A DNA stretch of 64,000 nucleotides, from NCBI GenBank assembly GCA_963719495.1, contig CAVRCI010000002.1:256001-320000 (forward strand), written 5' to 3'. The DNA is from an uncultured Verrucomicrobiae bacterium (lineage in GTDB: Bacteria; Verrucomicrobiota; Verrucomicrobiia; Chthoniobacterales; JAATET01). The position numbers and the translations under genes were made by a program. The notes beneath the pieces were generated by a model. The model ran no database searches. It was given only the letters and a program-made list of their open reading frames with translations, and was not told the origin of the DNA. Numbering within the stretch: the stretch's first letter is position 1; each line of letters begins with the position of its first letter. Positions 38,635-47,930 of this stretch are shown one piece after another.

Positions 38635-39176
38635 CGGCGGATTCGGCCGTGCAGGGCGAAGAGCCCGATGGCGACGGGCGGAAGCGCCAGGAAGGGCCAG
38701 AAGGTCCCGAGCGGCGAAGCGGGGTCGAAGGCTCGCAGTTGAATGGGGATCGTGGCGGAGCCCGAGGCGGTCGTGACCGACGTCATCAGCTCGTAATGGC
38801 CCGCCGTCGGAAGAATGATCGTCGCGGCCTGCAGAAGCTTGTTCTGCGCGGCGTCGTGGCTCGCGGGGATGATGCCGCGAACGGCGGACGGAAACCGGCA
38901 ACAGGGCGAAACCCACGCCTTGGCGGGAATCCGGGAATCGCTCGAGGATTTGACGAGCCGGAATCCGATGTCGGCGTTGCCGATCGGTTCGTCGGTGCGC
39001 GCATCCTGAACGAGCACGCTGAAGTCGACCGGACCGGCTCGCAGCACGGCTGGATCCGCGAAGACGGTCAGCCGCACGGTACCCACAACCTCGTTCGCGA
39101 CGACGGCCCCGCCATCGGCCCGGATCGCGATCATCGTCGCCGCGAGGGCGGCCAGGGCACAAACCAGAGTCTTCAT
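38631..39176 (-). CDS. Exported protein with C-terminal TM anchor, coupled to the CtaG fusion
   Basis: Signal peptide, DGG, SPCC, C-terminal WPFLALPP TM; ATGA overlap at 39173-39176. Confidence 0.7.
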   Translation of the reverse strand: MKTLVCALAALAATMIAIRADGGAVVANEVVGTVRLTVFADPAVLRAGPVDFSVLVQDARTDEPIGNADIGFRLVKSSSDSRIPAKAWVSPCCRFPSAVRGIIPASHDAAQNKLLQAATIILPTAGHYELMTSVTTASGSATIPIQLRAFDPASPLGTFWPFLALPPVAIGLFALHGRIRR

Positions 39177-41359
39177 CCGGGAGAGATCATCCCGCGCATC
39201 TGCATCGGTTGAAAGACAATCCAGACCCCGGCGAGGAAGAGCAGCGTGGCCACGCCTGCCCAAGGCATCCAGGCACGTGGGCGGCGGTCGATTCGATAGA
39301 TCACCAACAGCGTGAGGAGGAAGCCCGCGTCGAGAAAGAGAAGCTCGAGACCGAGCAATCCCTCCCACGAGAGGACGGCGGGAACGGAGGCCGGGAGGCC
39401 GAAGAGGCGTTCGACGATGGGAACGAAGCTGAAGAGCCCGGTGATGAAGTGAAACGAGAAATGGGCCAGCCACATCCCGAAGCCGAGCGGGGCGAGGGCA
39501 ATCGCGTGGCGGGGGATCGAGGGGATCGCGAAGGACTCGGTGCGGTCCCGCCCGACGGGTGCGACCGCGGCCAGCAACGTTGCGGGAAGGAGAAGCACGG
39601 TGGCGCCGAGAAAGACGGTCGTGAAAGCGACGTGCCCGAGTCCGGTCCGGGCCGCCAGCGCTTGCACGGGCGCCGTCATGGCGGCGGCGTTCGCGAAGGC
39701 TCCGAACGTGAGCAGGAGAACGAGGGCGGCAAGATCCGGACGGTTTTCGTAGCGGCCAACCGAGGAACGGGGCAGATCGCGGATCAGGTCCTCGCCGGGC
39801 ACCGCCGGCTGGAGGGCGACGTTGTCGTGGGGACACGCGCTCACGCAATCCAGACAGAAGGTGCAGTCGAGGTTGCCCGCCTTGCGCGGCTGGAAGAGAT
39901 CGAGTTCGCATCCGCGGTGCCCGGCGTTGCCCTTGATGCAGTCGAAGGTCCGGCAGGATTGGCAGATGGTTGCGTCCCGGATTCGAACCTCGCTCGGTGA
40001 GGCGAGGGATTGCACGAAATGGAATTGGCCGATCGGACAGACGTGTTTGCAGAAACTGCCGTTGCGAAAGATGCCGTCGATGGCGGTCGCCGCGCCGAAG
40101 TAACCCAGCACGATCACCGCCGTCCACCACGGGTCGTCCCACAGCGCGAAGGCTTCGTAGCTCCAGAGAAAGACCGCAATCAGCCCGACGGGCAACCATT
40201 TGCCCGGCAGCGGCCAGCGGATGGACGGCACGGGGATGCGCAGCGTGGTCTGGATGCGTTGAACGATGTCGCGGACGAACGTGAACGGGCAGGCGTAGCA
40301 AAAAAAATTTCCGAGCAGGAGAAGCGCGATCACCGTGAGGCCGCGCCAGTGGGTCCACGGGAGGACGCCCGCGGCGTTGAGCGCGGAGACCCGCGGGCCG
40401 GTGAGACCGTCGGCGACGATGACGGCCGCGAGGGCGAGGAGGAGGAATTGGAGCGGGCGGCGGGCGTGGAGGAGGAAATGGGTGGCGGGTGACGCGTGGC
40501 GGGTGACGATTGGGTGAGGTCTCGGTGATTGTACCGCGGGGGCGCGGCTTTTTCGCGGGTTGAGGTATTGGATGGCGATGATGGCGGCTGGCACGATGAA
40601 GGCGATGGAACCCGGGACCCACATGATCGCTCCCGCCGCCGCCTGATCGTCGAGGGCGCTGAGGCCCGAGATGCGGGGGGCGGTGGCGTAGGTCGGGTAG
40701 AGAACCTTCCCGTAGAACGAGATGAACGCCGCCAGGGCGGTATTCTGGAGATCGGCGAGGAGGAGGTAGGGGATCATCGCCCAGCGCGGCCAGACCGGGC
40801 GGCTGGGCCAGGGCTGCACGACCGGCCACCAGAAGAGGAGAGCGGTGACGAGGAACGTGACGTGTTCGATCTGGTGCCATGCGCCGTTGCGGAGGGCGAG
40901 ATCGTAGAGCGGCGGGAGGTGCCATCCGACGTTGGAAACGATGAAGACCGTCCACGCGAAGAGCGGGTGAACGAGCATCTCGCCGAGCCGCTCGAGCGGT
41001 GGCCAGACGAGAAACGGACCCAGCGCGTCGACGCGGACGACCCGCGGAAGCCCGCGCAGCAACGGAAGGAATGGGTTGCCCAGCAGGAGCAGCGGCGGCG
41101 CGACCATGGTGAGCAAAAGGTGCTGCACCATGTGGATGCTGAGAAGAAACCCGGCAAACGCGTCGAGCGGGGAGCAGATCGCGACAAAAATGGTGCCGAG
41201 CCCCCCGAGAAACGAGGCGAGCCGCCCGGGCGTGAACCGGGCCGGGGCCAGCCGACGGAGTCGCCGCCATCCGCGCAGGTAAAGGACCGCCGAGAGCAAC
41301 AGCCCGACGACGATGGTCGGAGGAAACGTCCAGGAGACGAGGGCGGCGTCGGCGTTCAT
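39173..41359 (-). CDS. Cytochrome c oxidase assembly factor CtaG (caa3 type) fused to a FixG/NosR-like 4Fe-4S membrane domain
   Basis: SPLD...HMVQHLLL..VAPPLL, WHLP, EH, DQ..AG.IMW; then CYACPF, CKHVCP, CQSCRTFDC, CTFCLDCVSACP. Confidence 0.88.
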   Translation of the reverse strand: MNADAALVSWTFPPTIVVGLLLSAVLYLRGWRRLRRLAPARFTPGRLASFLGGLGTIFVAICSPLDAFAGFLLSIHMVQHLLLTMVAPPLLLLGNPFLPLLRGLPRVVRVDALGPFLVWPPLERLGEMLVHPLFAWTVFIVSNVGWHLPPLYDLALRNGAWHQIEHVTFLVTALLFWWPVVQPWPSRPVWPRWAMIPYLLLADLQNTALAAFISFYGKVLYPTYATAPRISGLSALDDQAAAGAIMWVPGSIAFIVPAAIIAIQYLNPRKSRAPAVQSPRPHPIVTRHASPATHFLLHARRPLQFLLLALAAVIVADGLTGPRVSALNAAGVLPWTHWRGLTVIALLLLGNFFCYACPFTFVRDIVQRIQTTLRIPVPSIRWPLPGKWLPVGLIAVFLWSYEAFALWDDPWWTAVIVLGYFGAATAIDGIFRNGSFCKHVCPIGQFHFVQSLASPSEVRIRDATICQSCRTFDCIKGNAGHRGCELDLFQPRKAGNLDCTFCLDCVSACPHDNVALQPAVPGEDLIRDLPRSSVGRYENRPDLAALVLLLTFGAFANAAAMTAPVQALAARTGLGHVAFTTVFLGATVLLLPATLLAAVAPVGRDRTESFAIPSIPRHAIALAPLGFGMWLAHFSFHFITGLFSFVPIVERLFGLPASVPAVLSWEGLLGLELLFLDAGFLLTLLVIYRIDRRPRAWMPWAGVATLLFLAGVWIVFQPMQMRGMISPG

Positions 41360-41399
41360 TTCGATTCAATGCGCGGCGGCCGCCGGATCAGGGGGTCCT

Positions 41400-41434
41400 A
41401 AAACAGAAAAACGGCGGAGATTGCTCTCCGCCGT
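41400..41434 (-). terminator. Intrinsic terminator
   Basis: ACGGCGGAGA-GCAA-TCTCCGCCGT followed by TTTTCTGTTTT on the minus strand, just past the stop at 41462. Confidence 0.85.
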
Positions 41435-41461
41435 CGTCGAAAATCGAGAAGTCCGTGCCGC

Positions 41462-41887
41462 TCAGAGCGAAGGTGACTTCTGGTAGTGACGAACGTAATT
41501 GTAGCGGGTCTCGAATCCCAGCTCCGGCGGGAACTCCGCGTAGCCGCAGTGGATCCAGGGAATGTCGCTGCGGTAGGGTGGCTTGTAGGTTCCAGCTGCC
41601 GTGGGGAAAGGGAAGAGGAGCGTCTCGTAGACACCGAAGCCGAGGCGGGCGAACGAGCGGCCGACACCGCGAACGAGGCCGTAGCCGAAGGCGGCGCTGT
41701 TGCCTTCCGCGTAATTCACCGAAGCGAAAGACTCGGTGAGCTCGGTGTAGCCGAAGGCGATGTTGCTGATGCCGCGACCGAGCTTGCGAGTCGGGCCGTA
41801 GTCGGAGGCGGGCGGAGCCTGAATGTCGGCGAAGGCGACGGAGGCTCCAACGGTGAGGGCAATGGCGAAGAGGGCGGGAAACTTCAT
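41462..41887 (-). CDS. Exosortase system-associated protein, TIGR04073-like
   Basis: Signal peptide, RKLGRGISNI..G..E...G..RG......R...GVYE...FPFP. Confidence 0.8.
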   Translation of the reverse strand: MKFPALFAIALTVGASVAFADIQAPPASDYGPTRKLGRGISNIAFGYTELTESFASVNYAEGNSAAFGYGLVRGVGRSFARLGFGVYETLLFPFPTAAGTYKPPYRSDIPWIHCGYAEFPPELGFETRYNYVRHYQKSPSL

Positions 41888-42019
41888 GGACTTGTAGGTT
41901 TCTAGGTCGGCGGAGAATTCTCTGGCAAGCTTTTTTGCAAGCGAGTTTTTTGTTGTCGTCGGCACACCCGAGCACTTTCGACCCCAACATGGAGGGGTCG
42001 TTGGTCCCGAAAGGCTCGG

Positions 42020-42955
42020 TCAGGAAAAAAGTGCCCCGACGTGGGCGACCGTTGCGCTCGCGAGTCCGTCGAGCGCGTAGCCGCCCTCGAGAACCGAGAC
42101 GACGCGTCCGTCGCAGATGGCTTCGGCCGTTTCGCGAACGGCGAGCGTCAGGTCCGAAAAATCTTCGTCGGTGAGCTTGAAGCCGCCCAGCGGATCGCCG
42201 ACGCGGGAATCGAAACCGGCGGAGACCAGGATGAGGCCTGGTTGAAACGCGCGGACCGCCGGGAGGATGTCCCGTTCGAACGCCGTGAAGATTTCGTCGC
42301 GGCCAGCCCCGGCCGGAAACGGGCGGTTGATGGTGCGGTCGATGCCGGGCCCATCGCCGGTCTCGTAACGGGAGCCCGACCCTGGATACCACGGGCTTTG
42401 GTGGGTGCTGGCGAAGAGAACGGTGCCGTCGGCGTAGAAAATGTCCTGCGTGCCATTGCCGTGGTGCACGTCCCAGTCGAGGATCGCGACCCGCTCGATC
42501 CCGTGGGCCGCCTGGGCGTGGCGGGCGGCGACGGCGACGTGATTGAAAATGCAGAACCCCATTGCGCGGTCCGCGGTCGCGTGGTGGCCCGGCGGACGGG
42601 TCGCGCAGAACGCGGTGCGGCTGCCGCCCGAGCAGACGGCGTCGACGGCCGCGATGGCTCCGCCCGTCGCGAGCCGGGCGACGTTTCCGGAAGCGGCGGA
42701 TACGCTCACGTCGCCGCCCGCGAGTTCCCGGGCGCCGCCGTCGATGGCGGCGAGGACGGCGGCGACGTAGGCCGGGTCATGAGCGCGAGCAAGTTCGTCG
42801 AGCGTGGCTTCGCGGGCGGTGACCGGGGTCGCCAAGGCGACGAGGCCCGCGGCTTCGAGTGCGGCACGAACGGCGTCGACGCGGGCGGGCGATTCGGGGT
42901 GGCCGGGTGCGGTGGCGTGGTCTTTGAACGCGTCGTCGAGGAGGAGGGCGGGCAT
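42020..42955 (-). CDS. Histone deacetylase family (AcuC/HDAC-like) amidohydrolase
   Basis: GHPESPAR, RPPGHHA, GFCIFN, DWDVHHGNGTQ, SAGFD, LEGGY. Confidence 0.96.
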   Translation of the reverse strand: MPALLLDDAFKDHATAPGHPESPARVDAVRAALEAAGLVALATPVTAREATLDELARAHDPAYVAAVLAAIDGGARELAGGDVSVSAASGNVARLATGGAIAAVDAVCSGGSRTAFCATRPPGHHATADRAMGFCIFNHVAVAARHAQAAHGIERVAILDWDVHHGNGTQDIFYADGTVLFASTHQSPWYPGSGSRYETGDGPGIDRTINRPFPAGAGRDEIFTAFERDILPAVRAFQPGLILVSAGFDSRVGDPLGGFKLTDEDFSDLTLAVRETAEAICDGRVVSVLEGGYALDGLASATVAHVGALFS

Positions 42956-42963
42956 GGTGAACT

Positions 42964-42997
42964 TGTGATTGGTGACTGGTGACTGGTGACTGGTGGG
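42964..42997. repeat. Heptamer array GGTGACT x3-4 ending in GGTGGG
   Basis: Direct reading; between the PBP1A stop and the HDAC start. Confidence 0.9.
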
Positions 42998-43000
42998 AAT

Positions 43001-44977
43001 TCAATCCGGATAGCGGGCGCCGTCCGTCGACTGGATGAAATCAACCCAGATGGGCAGCGCGAGCGTCGCGCCGTAGCCTCCCTTCATGATCGTGCGCGGG
43101 CGGTCGAAGCCGACCCACACCCCGCACGTCACGCTCCGGATGTAGCCGATGAACCACGCGTCGCGCGACTCGTCGGTCGTGCCGGTTTTGCCCGCCGCAC
43201 GGCGGCGCAGTCCCAAGCGGCTCGCACTCGCGCCGGTCCCGCGAGTCATCACGTCCGCGAGCAACGCGGACGTCTGCGCGGCGGGGCGGGAGTCGAGCAC
43301 CCGGAGCCGGGCTTCGGTCGCCTTGAAGACCGGGCGTCCGGCGGCGTTCGTGACCTCGCGGATGATGAAGGGCTGGAGCCGCGTGCCGTCGATCGCGAAG
43401 GCCGTGTAGGCGGCGGTGAGATCCTTGAGCGTCGTCTCGAACGCGCCCAGGCAGATGCTCGGGAACGCCGGGACGTCGGCGGCCAGCCCGGCGCGAACGA
43501 AGGTTTCGGCGACCGCGGGCAGCCCGGCACGGAGGCCCACGCGGACGGTCGCCGGATTGCGCGATCGGACGAGGGCGTCGGCGACGGAGATCTCGCCACC
43601 GTATTTGTCGTCGGAATTCGCGGGGTCGTAGGTCCCAAGATCGCGCGGGATTTCGCCGGCGGTGAGCCGGTTGTCGGAGACCCGATCGTTTGGCGCGAGT
43701 CCGCGCTCGAACGCCGCGGCGAAGACGAACGGTTTCACGGTCGAACCCGCCTGCCGCTCGGCCTGGAACGCCCGGTTGAACTGCCCCGGACCGTAGTCGC
43801 GCCCGCCGACGACGGCGAGGATGCCACCCGTGCGGTTGTCGATGGCGATGAGCGCGGCTTGGAGAACCTCGTTCGGGTCGGATTTCGATTCCGCTTTCGG
43901 GTGGGGAAAGCCGGGCAGCCGCTCGATGCCGGCGACGCGGTCGGCGACGATGCGGGTGGCGGCTTTTTGGAGCGCGGGGTCGATCGTGGTGGCAATGGTC
44001 AGCCCGCCGGCGTCGAGTTGGTCGGGCGTGAGCACGAGGTCGAGTTCGCGCTGGACGGTTTCCATTGCCCAACCGAAGCGGACGGTCGACGGAGGGCGCG
44101 GGGCGAGCTGGACGGCGGCGGCCTTGGCGGTTCCGAATTCCGAAGGCGTGATGAGGCCGAGGCCGCGCATGCTTTGGAGGACGAGATTGCGTTGGCGGGT
44201 CGCGGCCGGGAGGTCGTTGAACGGGGACAGGCGGGTCGGGCTGCGGATGAGTCCGGCGAGGAGGGCGGACTCCGCGAGCGTGAGGTCGGCGGCGGGTTTG
44301 CCGAAGTAGGCGCGGCTGGCAGTCTCGATGCCGTAGTAGCCCGATCCGAAGTAGATCCGGTTCACGTAGGCGGTGAGGATTTCCCGCTTGTTGAGCTCGG
44401 TCTCGATGCGGAAGGCGAGGGCGGCCTCGACGATTTTTCGCTGATACGTGCGCCCGCCGAGCGGGAAGGCATTGCGGGCGAGTTGCTGGGTGATCGTGGA
44501 GCCGCCCTGGGTGATGCCGCCGAGGAGAAGATTGCGGACGGCGGCGCGGGCGATGCCGATGGGATCGACGCCGTGGTGGGTGAAAAACCGGTTGTCCTCG
44601 CGCGAGACGAGGGCGTCGATGAAGTCGGGCGCGATCCGGGCGTAGGGGGCGACGACGCGATTCTCGCCCGCGAGGCGGCTGTAAAATTTGCCGTCCTTGT
44701 CGAGCACGACCGAGCGCTGCGGGAGTTCGTTGATGGTGCTCAGATCGAAGGTCAGGGCGTAGCCGTAGAGCGCGAGTCCGCCGAGGCCCCAGAGGACGGC
44801 GAGCGCGATGGCGAGCTTGAGGTAGGTGACGAAGCGGGAGCGCCGGCGGCGGCGGCGGGTGCGTTTCGTCGCGGCTGGTTTGCGGGACGAGGCCGGGCGT
44901 TTCGCCGGGGTCTTCTTCGCGGGACGGGGCGCGGGCTTGGACCTTTGCGAGCGTTTGGGCGGGGACTTTCTCGGCAC
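43001..44977 (-). CDS. Class A penicillin-binding protein (PBP1A family)
   Basis: EDNRFFTHHGVD, GGSTITQQLARN, STVKP (SxxK), SRN, KTGT. Confidence 0.95.
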   Translation of the reverse strand: MPRKSPPKRSQRSKPAPRPAKKTPAKRPASSRKPAATKRTRRRRRRSRFVTYLKLAIALAVLWGLGGLALYGYALTFDLSTINELPQRSVVLDKDGKFYSRLAGENRVVAPYARIAPDFIDALVSREDNRFFTHHGVDPIGIARAAVRNLLLGGITQGGSTITQQLARNAFPLGGRTYQRKIVEAALAFRIETELNKREILTAYVNRIYFGSGYYGIETASRAYFGKPAADLTLAESALLAGLIRSPTRLSPFNDLPAATRQRNLVLQSMRGLGLITPSEFGTAKAAAVQLAPRPPSTVRFGWAMETVQRELDLVLTPDQLDAGGLTIATTIDPALQKAATRIVADRVAGIERLPGFPHPKAESKSDPNEVLQAALIAIDNRTGGILAVVGGRDYGPGQFNRAFQAERQAGSTVKPFVFAAAFERGLAPNDRVSDNRLTAGEIPRDLGTYDPANSDDKYGGEISVADALVRSRNPATVRVGLRAGLPAVAETFVRAGLAADVPAFPSICLGAFETTLKDLTAAYTAFAIDGTRLQPFIIREVTNAAGRPVFKATEARLRVLDSRPAAQTSALLADVMTRGTGASASRLGLRRRAAGKTGTTDESRDAWFIGYIRSVTCGVWVGFDRPRTIMKGGYGATLALPIWVDFIQSTDGARYPD

Positions 44978-45022
44978 GGGACGCTTGCGAAGCTAGGGTC
45001 GCATCAAGCAAAGTCACGCGTT

Positions 45023-45715
45023 TTGAAGATCCAGATCCTGACCCTTTTTCCCGGAATCTGCCGGGGCGCGCTGGGCGAGAGTATGATGAAGCGGGCGGCT
45101 GATCGGGGTCTCGCGGAACTCGAAGCGGTCGATCTCCGGGAGTGGACCACGGGCCGGCACCGCGTCGCGGACGGGATGCCCTACGGCGGCGGTCCGGGGA
45201 TGGTCATGCGGATCGAGCCGATCCACCGGGCGCTGCGGGACCTGCGGACGCCGGATTCGCGCGTGGTGTTGATGACACCACAGGGGCGGGTTTTCGATCA
45301 GCCGAAAGCCCGGGCGGTCGCGGCGGAGGTGGGGCACCTCATTCTCATCTGCGGGCACTACGAAGGAGTCGATCAGCGGGTGGCGGAGCACCTCATCGAC
45401 GACGAATGGTCGATCGGCGACTACGTGCTGACGAATGGCGCGCTGGCGGCGTTGGTCGTGACCGATGCGGTGGTGCGGTTGCTTCCCGGGGTGCTGGGGG
45501 ACGAGGATTCGGCGGCGCAGGATTCGTTCAGCGAAGGAAGCGCCGGGATTCTGGATCATCCGCACTACACGCGACCCGAGGAATTCGAGGGCTGGCGCGT
45601 GCCGCCGGTCCTCCTGGGCGGCAATCACGCGGCGATCTCGGCGTGGCGGCGGGAGCGGGCGCTGGCGATGACGCGGGACCGGCGGCCCGATCTGCTCGGC
45701 GGCTCGGGCGATTAG
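45023..45715 (+). CDS. trmD: tRNA (guanine-N1)-methyltransferase
   Basis: ILTLFP, PYGGGPGMVM, ICGHYEGVDQRV, SIGDYVL, PHYTRP; TTG start inferred. Confidence 0.97.
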   Translation: MKIQILTLFPGICRGALGESMMKRAADRGLAELEAVDLREWTTGRHRVADGMPYGGGPGMVMRIEPIHRALRDLRTPDSRVVLMTPQGRVFDQPKARAVAAEVGHLILICGHYEGVDQRVAEHLIDDEWSIGDYVLTNGALAALVVTDAVVRLLPGVLGDEDSAAQDSFSEGSAGILDHPHYTRPEEFEGWRVPPVLLGGNHAAISAWRRERALAMTRDRRPDLLGGSGD

Positions 45716-45805
45716 TCGTCTTGGGGATCCCGGATTGGGGATTCTCCTTGAACCGACGGCCCGGCGCAAAGAGCTTCGCCGCCCCACTCAACCCCGCTTT
45801 TTCCC

Positions 45806-46531
45806 ATGTCTCGACACGATTCCCGCACTTTCGACCAACTCCGCCCCATCTCCTTCGAACCCGGGGTCGCGCCCCACGCCCTGGGCTCGGTGCTCGTCTC
45901 CGCGGGCGACACCCGCGTGATCTGCGCCGCCATGGTGGAAGAGAAAGTGCCTCGCTGGATGAAGGAACAAAACGTGAAGGGCGGCTGGATCACGGCGGAG
46001 TATTCGATGCTGCCGTATTCGACGCTCAACCGGAAACAGCGCGACGTGACCCGCGGCAAACAGGACGGGCGGGGAACTGAGATCCAGCGACTGATCGGTC
46101 GCTCGCTGCGCGCCGTTGTCGACCTCCAGGCGCTGGGCCCTCGGACGATCTGGGTCGATTGCGACGTGCTGCAGGCCGACGGCGGCACGCGGACCGCCTC
46201 GATCACCGGTGCCGCGGTTGCCATCGCGATGGCGTGCCGGGCGTTGGAGAAGGCCGGGAAGGTCAAGAGATCGCCAATCAAGCAAATGGTCGCCGCCGTG
46301 AGCGTCGGGGTCGTCGCCGACGAGATTTTCCTCGATTTGAATTACGTCGAGGACCGGGACGCCAGTGTGGACCTGAATCTCGTGATGACGGACAAATTTG
46401 AGTTCGTCGAACTCCAGGGCTCCGGCGAGGAAGCGGCGTTCTCGTCCGATCAATTGTCCGGGATGCTCGCCGTCGGCCGAAAGGGGATCGAACAGCTTCT
46501 CGCGGCCCAAATGGCTGCCCTCGGCGAATAG
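45806..46531 (+). CDS. rph: Ribonuclease PH
   Basis: GWITAEYSMLP, EIQRLIGRSLR, DCDVLQADGGTRTASITG. Confidence 0.98.
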   Translation: MSRHDSRTFDQLRPISFEPGVAPHALGSVLVSAGDTRVICAAMVEEKVPRWMKEQNVKGGWITAEYSMLPYSTLNRKQRDVTRGKQDGRGTEIQRLIGRSLRAVVDLQALGPRTIWVDCDVLQADGGTRTASITGAAVAIAMACRALEKAGKVKRSPIKQMVAAVSVGVVADEIFLDLNYVEDRDASVDLNLVMTDKFEFVELQGSGEEAAFSSDQLSGMLAVGRKGIEQLLAAQMAALGE

Positions 46532-46544
46532 CCGGAAAACCCAC

Positions 46545-46573
46545 TTGACCGCCGGCACGCGGGAAAGGATAGT
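46545..46573 (+). promoter_or_regulatory. Putative sigma70 promoter of rpmB
   Basis: TTGACC-N17-GATAGT, ~35 nt upstream of the ATG. Confidence 0.55.
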
Positions 46574-46608
46574 CCGCGTTCCTCAAATCTCACCAATTTC
46601 GAATTTCT

Positions 46609-46875
46609 ATGTCCAGACTTTGCCAAATCACCGGAGCCAAGCCGACCGTCGGAGGTCGCATCCATCGTCGCGGTCTCGCCAAGAAGAAGGGCGGCATCGG
46701 CATGCACGTCACGAAAGTCGTCAAGCGCGAGTTCGTTCCCAACCTGCGGAAGAAGCGGGTTTGGATTCCTGAGCTGAAGAAGTTCATCGTCGTCAAAGCC
46801 ACCGCCCGTGCTTTCAAGACGATCGACAAGAACGGCGCTTACCCGACCCTCAAGAAGGCCGGGATCGTCAAGTAA
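46609..46875 (+). CDS. rpmB: 50S ribosomal protein L28
   Basis: MSRLCQITG...KREFVPNL.KKRVW...TIDKNG. Confidence 0.96.
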   Translation: MSRLCQITGAKPTVGGRIHRRGLAKKKGGIGMHVTKVVKREFVPNLRKKRVWIPELKKFIVVKATARAFKTIDKNGAYPTLKKAGIVK

Positions 46876-46927
46876 CCGAAGGTCCCGTGCGATCGCGCGG
46901 GACGCCGACTCCCCCCCCTCCGGACGA

Positions 46928-47131
46928 ATGGCCTTTACCGTCGAGAGTCAGAAATCCGGTAAGACCTACTACCTGCACCACCGGCGGCAGAAGTTGCGCG
47001 GCGGGCAGGAAGTGTCGTTGTATTACTTCGCCGGAGCGCAAGGTGAGGGGGCCATGGACGCCGTGCCCGAGGGTTACGAGGTGTCGGAGAATCAGAAGAC
47101 GGGGTTGCCGCTGCTGCGGAAGACTCGGTGA
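46928..47131 (+). CDS. Small basic protein of unknown function (67 aa)
   Basis: MAFTVESQKSGKTYYLH...LRGG...YYF...PEGYEVSENQKTGLPLLRK; protein-like composition. Confidence 0.75.
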   Translation: MAFTVESQKSGKTYYLHHRRQKLRGGQEVSLYYFAGAQGEGAMDAVPEGYEVSENQKTGLPLLRKTR

Positions 47132-47233
47132 GGTTGGAGTAGCTTGGGGCAGCAATGCTCGGTGCTGTTGCTGATAAACCAGCGCTCGATCCGGGGATGA
47201 CCGTGAGGCTGGATGCTGGGCTCTTTCCAAAAT

Positions 47234-47386
47234 CTGTCATGTTGAGCGAAGCGAAACATCTCTGGCTTCTCACTGCATTTTGGCGGTAGGGCGTGGTTAG
47301 GTCGTGTAAACCAGAGATTGCCTTTCCGATTGGCAATACGGAAGTGAAAGGCGGTCAATGGCTCTTCACGCTGTTCAGAATGACAG
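47234..47386 (+). repeat. REP/MITE-like element family A, long variant with structured insert (copy 1)
   Basis: CTGTCATGTTGAGCGAAGCG...GTTCAGAATGACAG terminal inverted repeats. Confidence 0.88.
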
Positions 47387-47562
47387 TTGGGACGATGGGC
47401 GACCTTCGGTCGCAGCGGGTCAACCAGACTTATTCAGCGTCCAGCGCGACCGCACGTTGATGTTCACCTCGTCGGCGAGGGAGGCGAGGCAAGGTTGGAG
47501 TAGCTCGGTGAGGCGTTGGGCCTATGCTTGGTTTTATGCCATTTTGAGAAAATATCTGGATT

Positions 47563-47621
47563 CTCACGCGAAGCCGCGAAAAGGTCTCATGCCCAACGTA
47601 TTCTTCGCGGCTTCGCGTGAG
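47563..47621. repeat. Palindromic REP-like element, different family
   Basis: CTCACGCGAAGCCGCGAA ... TTCGCGGCTTCGCGTGAG perfect 18 bp inverted repeat. Confidence 0.88.
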
Positions 47622-47707
47622 TCTGATTATTTATTGCGTTTGGTATCATTAATCAGCGCTCGATCATGAGCCGATTGCGAGGCTTGAAACTGAGCCTTTT
47701 CCAAAAC

Positions 47708-47859
47708 CTGTCATGTTGAGCGAAGCGAAACATCTCTGGCTGCTCACTGCATTTTGGCGGTAGGCGCGGTTAGAAAATGTAAGCCAGAGACTGCCTTTTT
47801 GTTTGGCGATAAAGAAGTGAGCGGCGCTCGATGGCTCTTCACTCTGTTCAGAATGACAG
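47708..47859 (+). repeat. REP/MITE-like element family A, long variant (copy 2)
   Basis: Direct repeat of 47234-47386; identity extends into both flanks. Confidence 0.88.
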
Positions 47860-47930
47860 TTGGGACGATGGGCGACCTTTGGTCGCAGCGCGCCTCCCAG
47901 AAAAACGCAGCGTTCGCTGCGGCTCAGAGC

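Noticed and set aside
39177..41369. Apparent 912 aa ORF 38631-41369
   Set aside because: Only the last ~181 aa (from ATG 39176) look like a protein; the rest is off-frame to the CtaG fusion.
42986..45022. Apparent 909 aa TrmD fusion
   Set aside because: The N-terminal part is antisense to PBP1A; TrmD similarity starts at ~45023.
47092..47669. Small ORFs in repeat regions (also 30136-30441, 52064-52478, 53171-53671)
   Set aside because: They are translations of REP-like arms (e.g. MLSEAKHL, MFRFAQHD), not genes.
47224..47891. Possible CRISPR array
   Set aside because: Only two long (~150-190 bp) repeats, no repeat-spacer periodicity, no cas genes.
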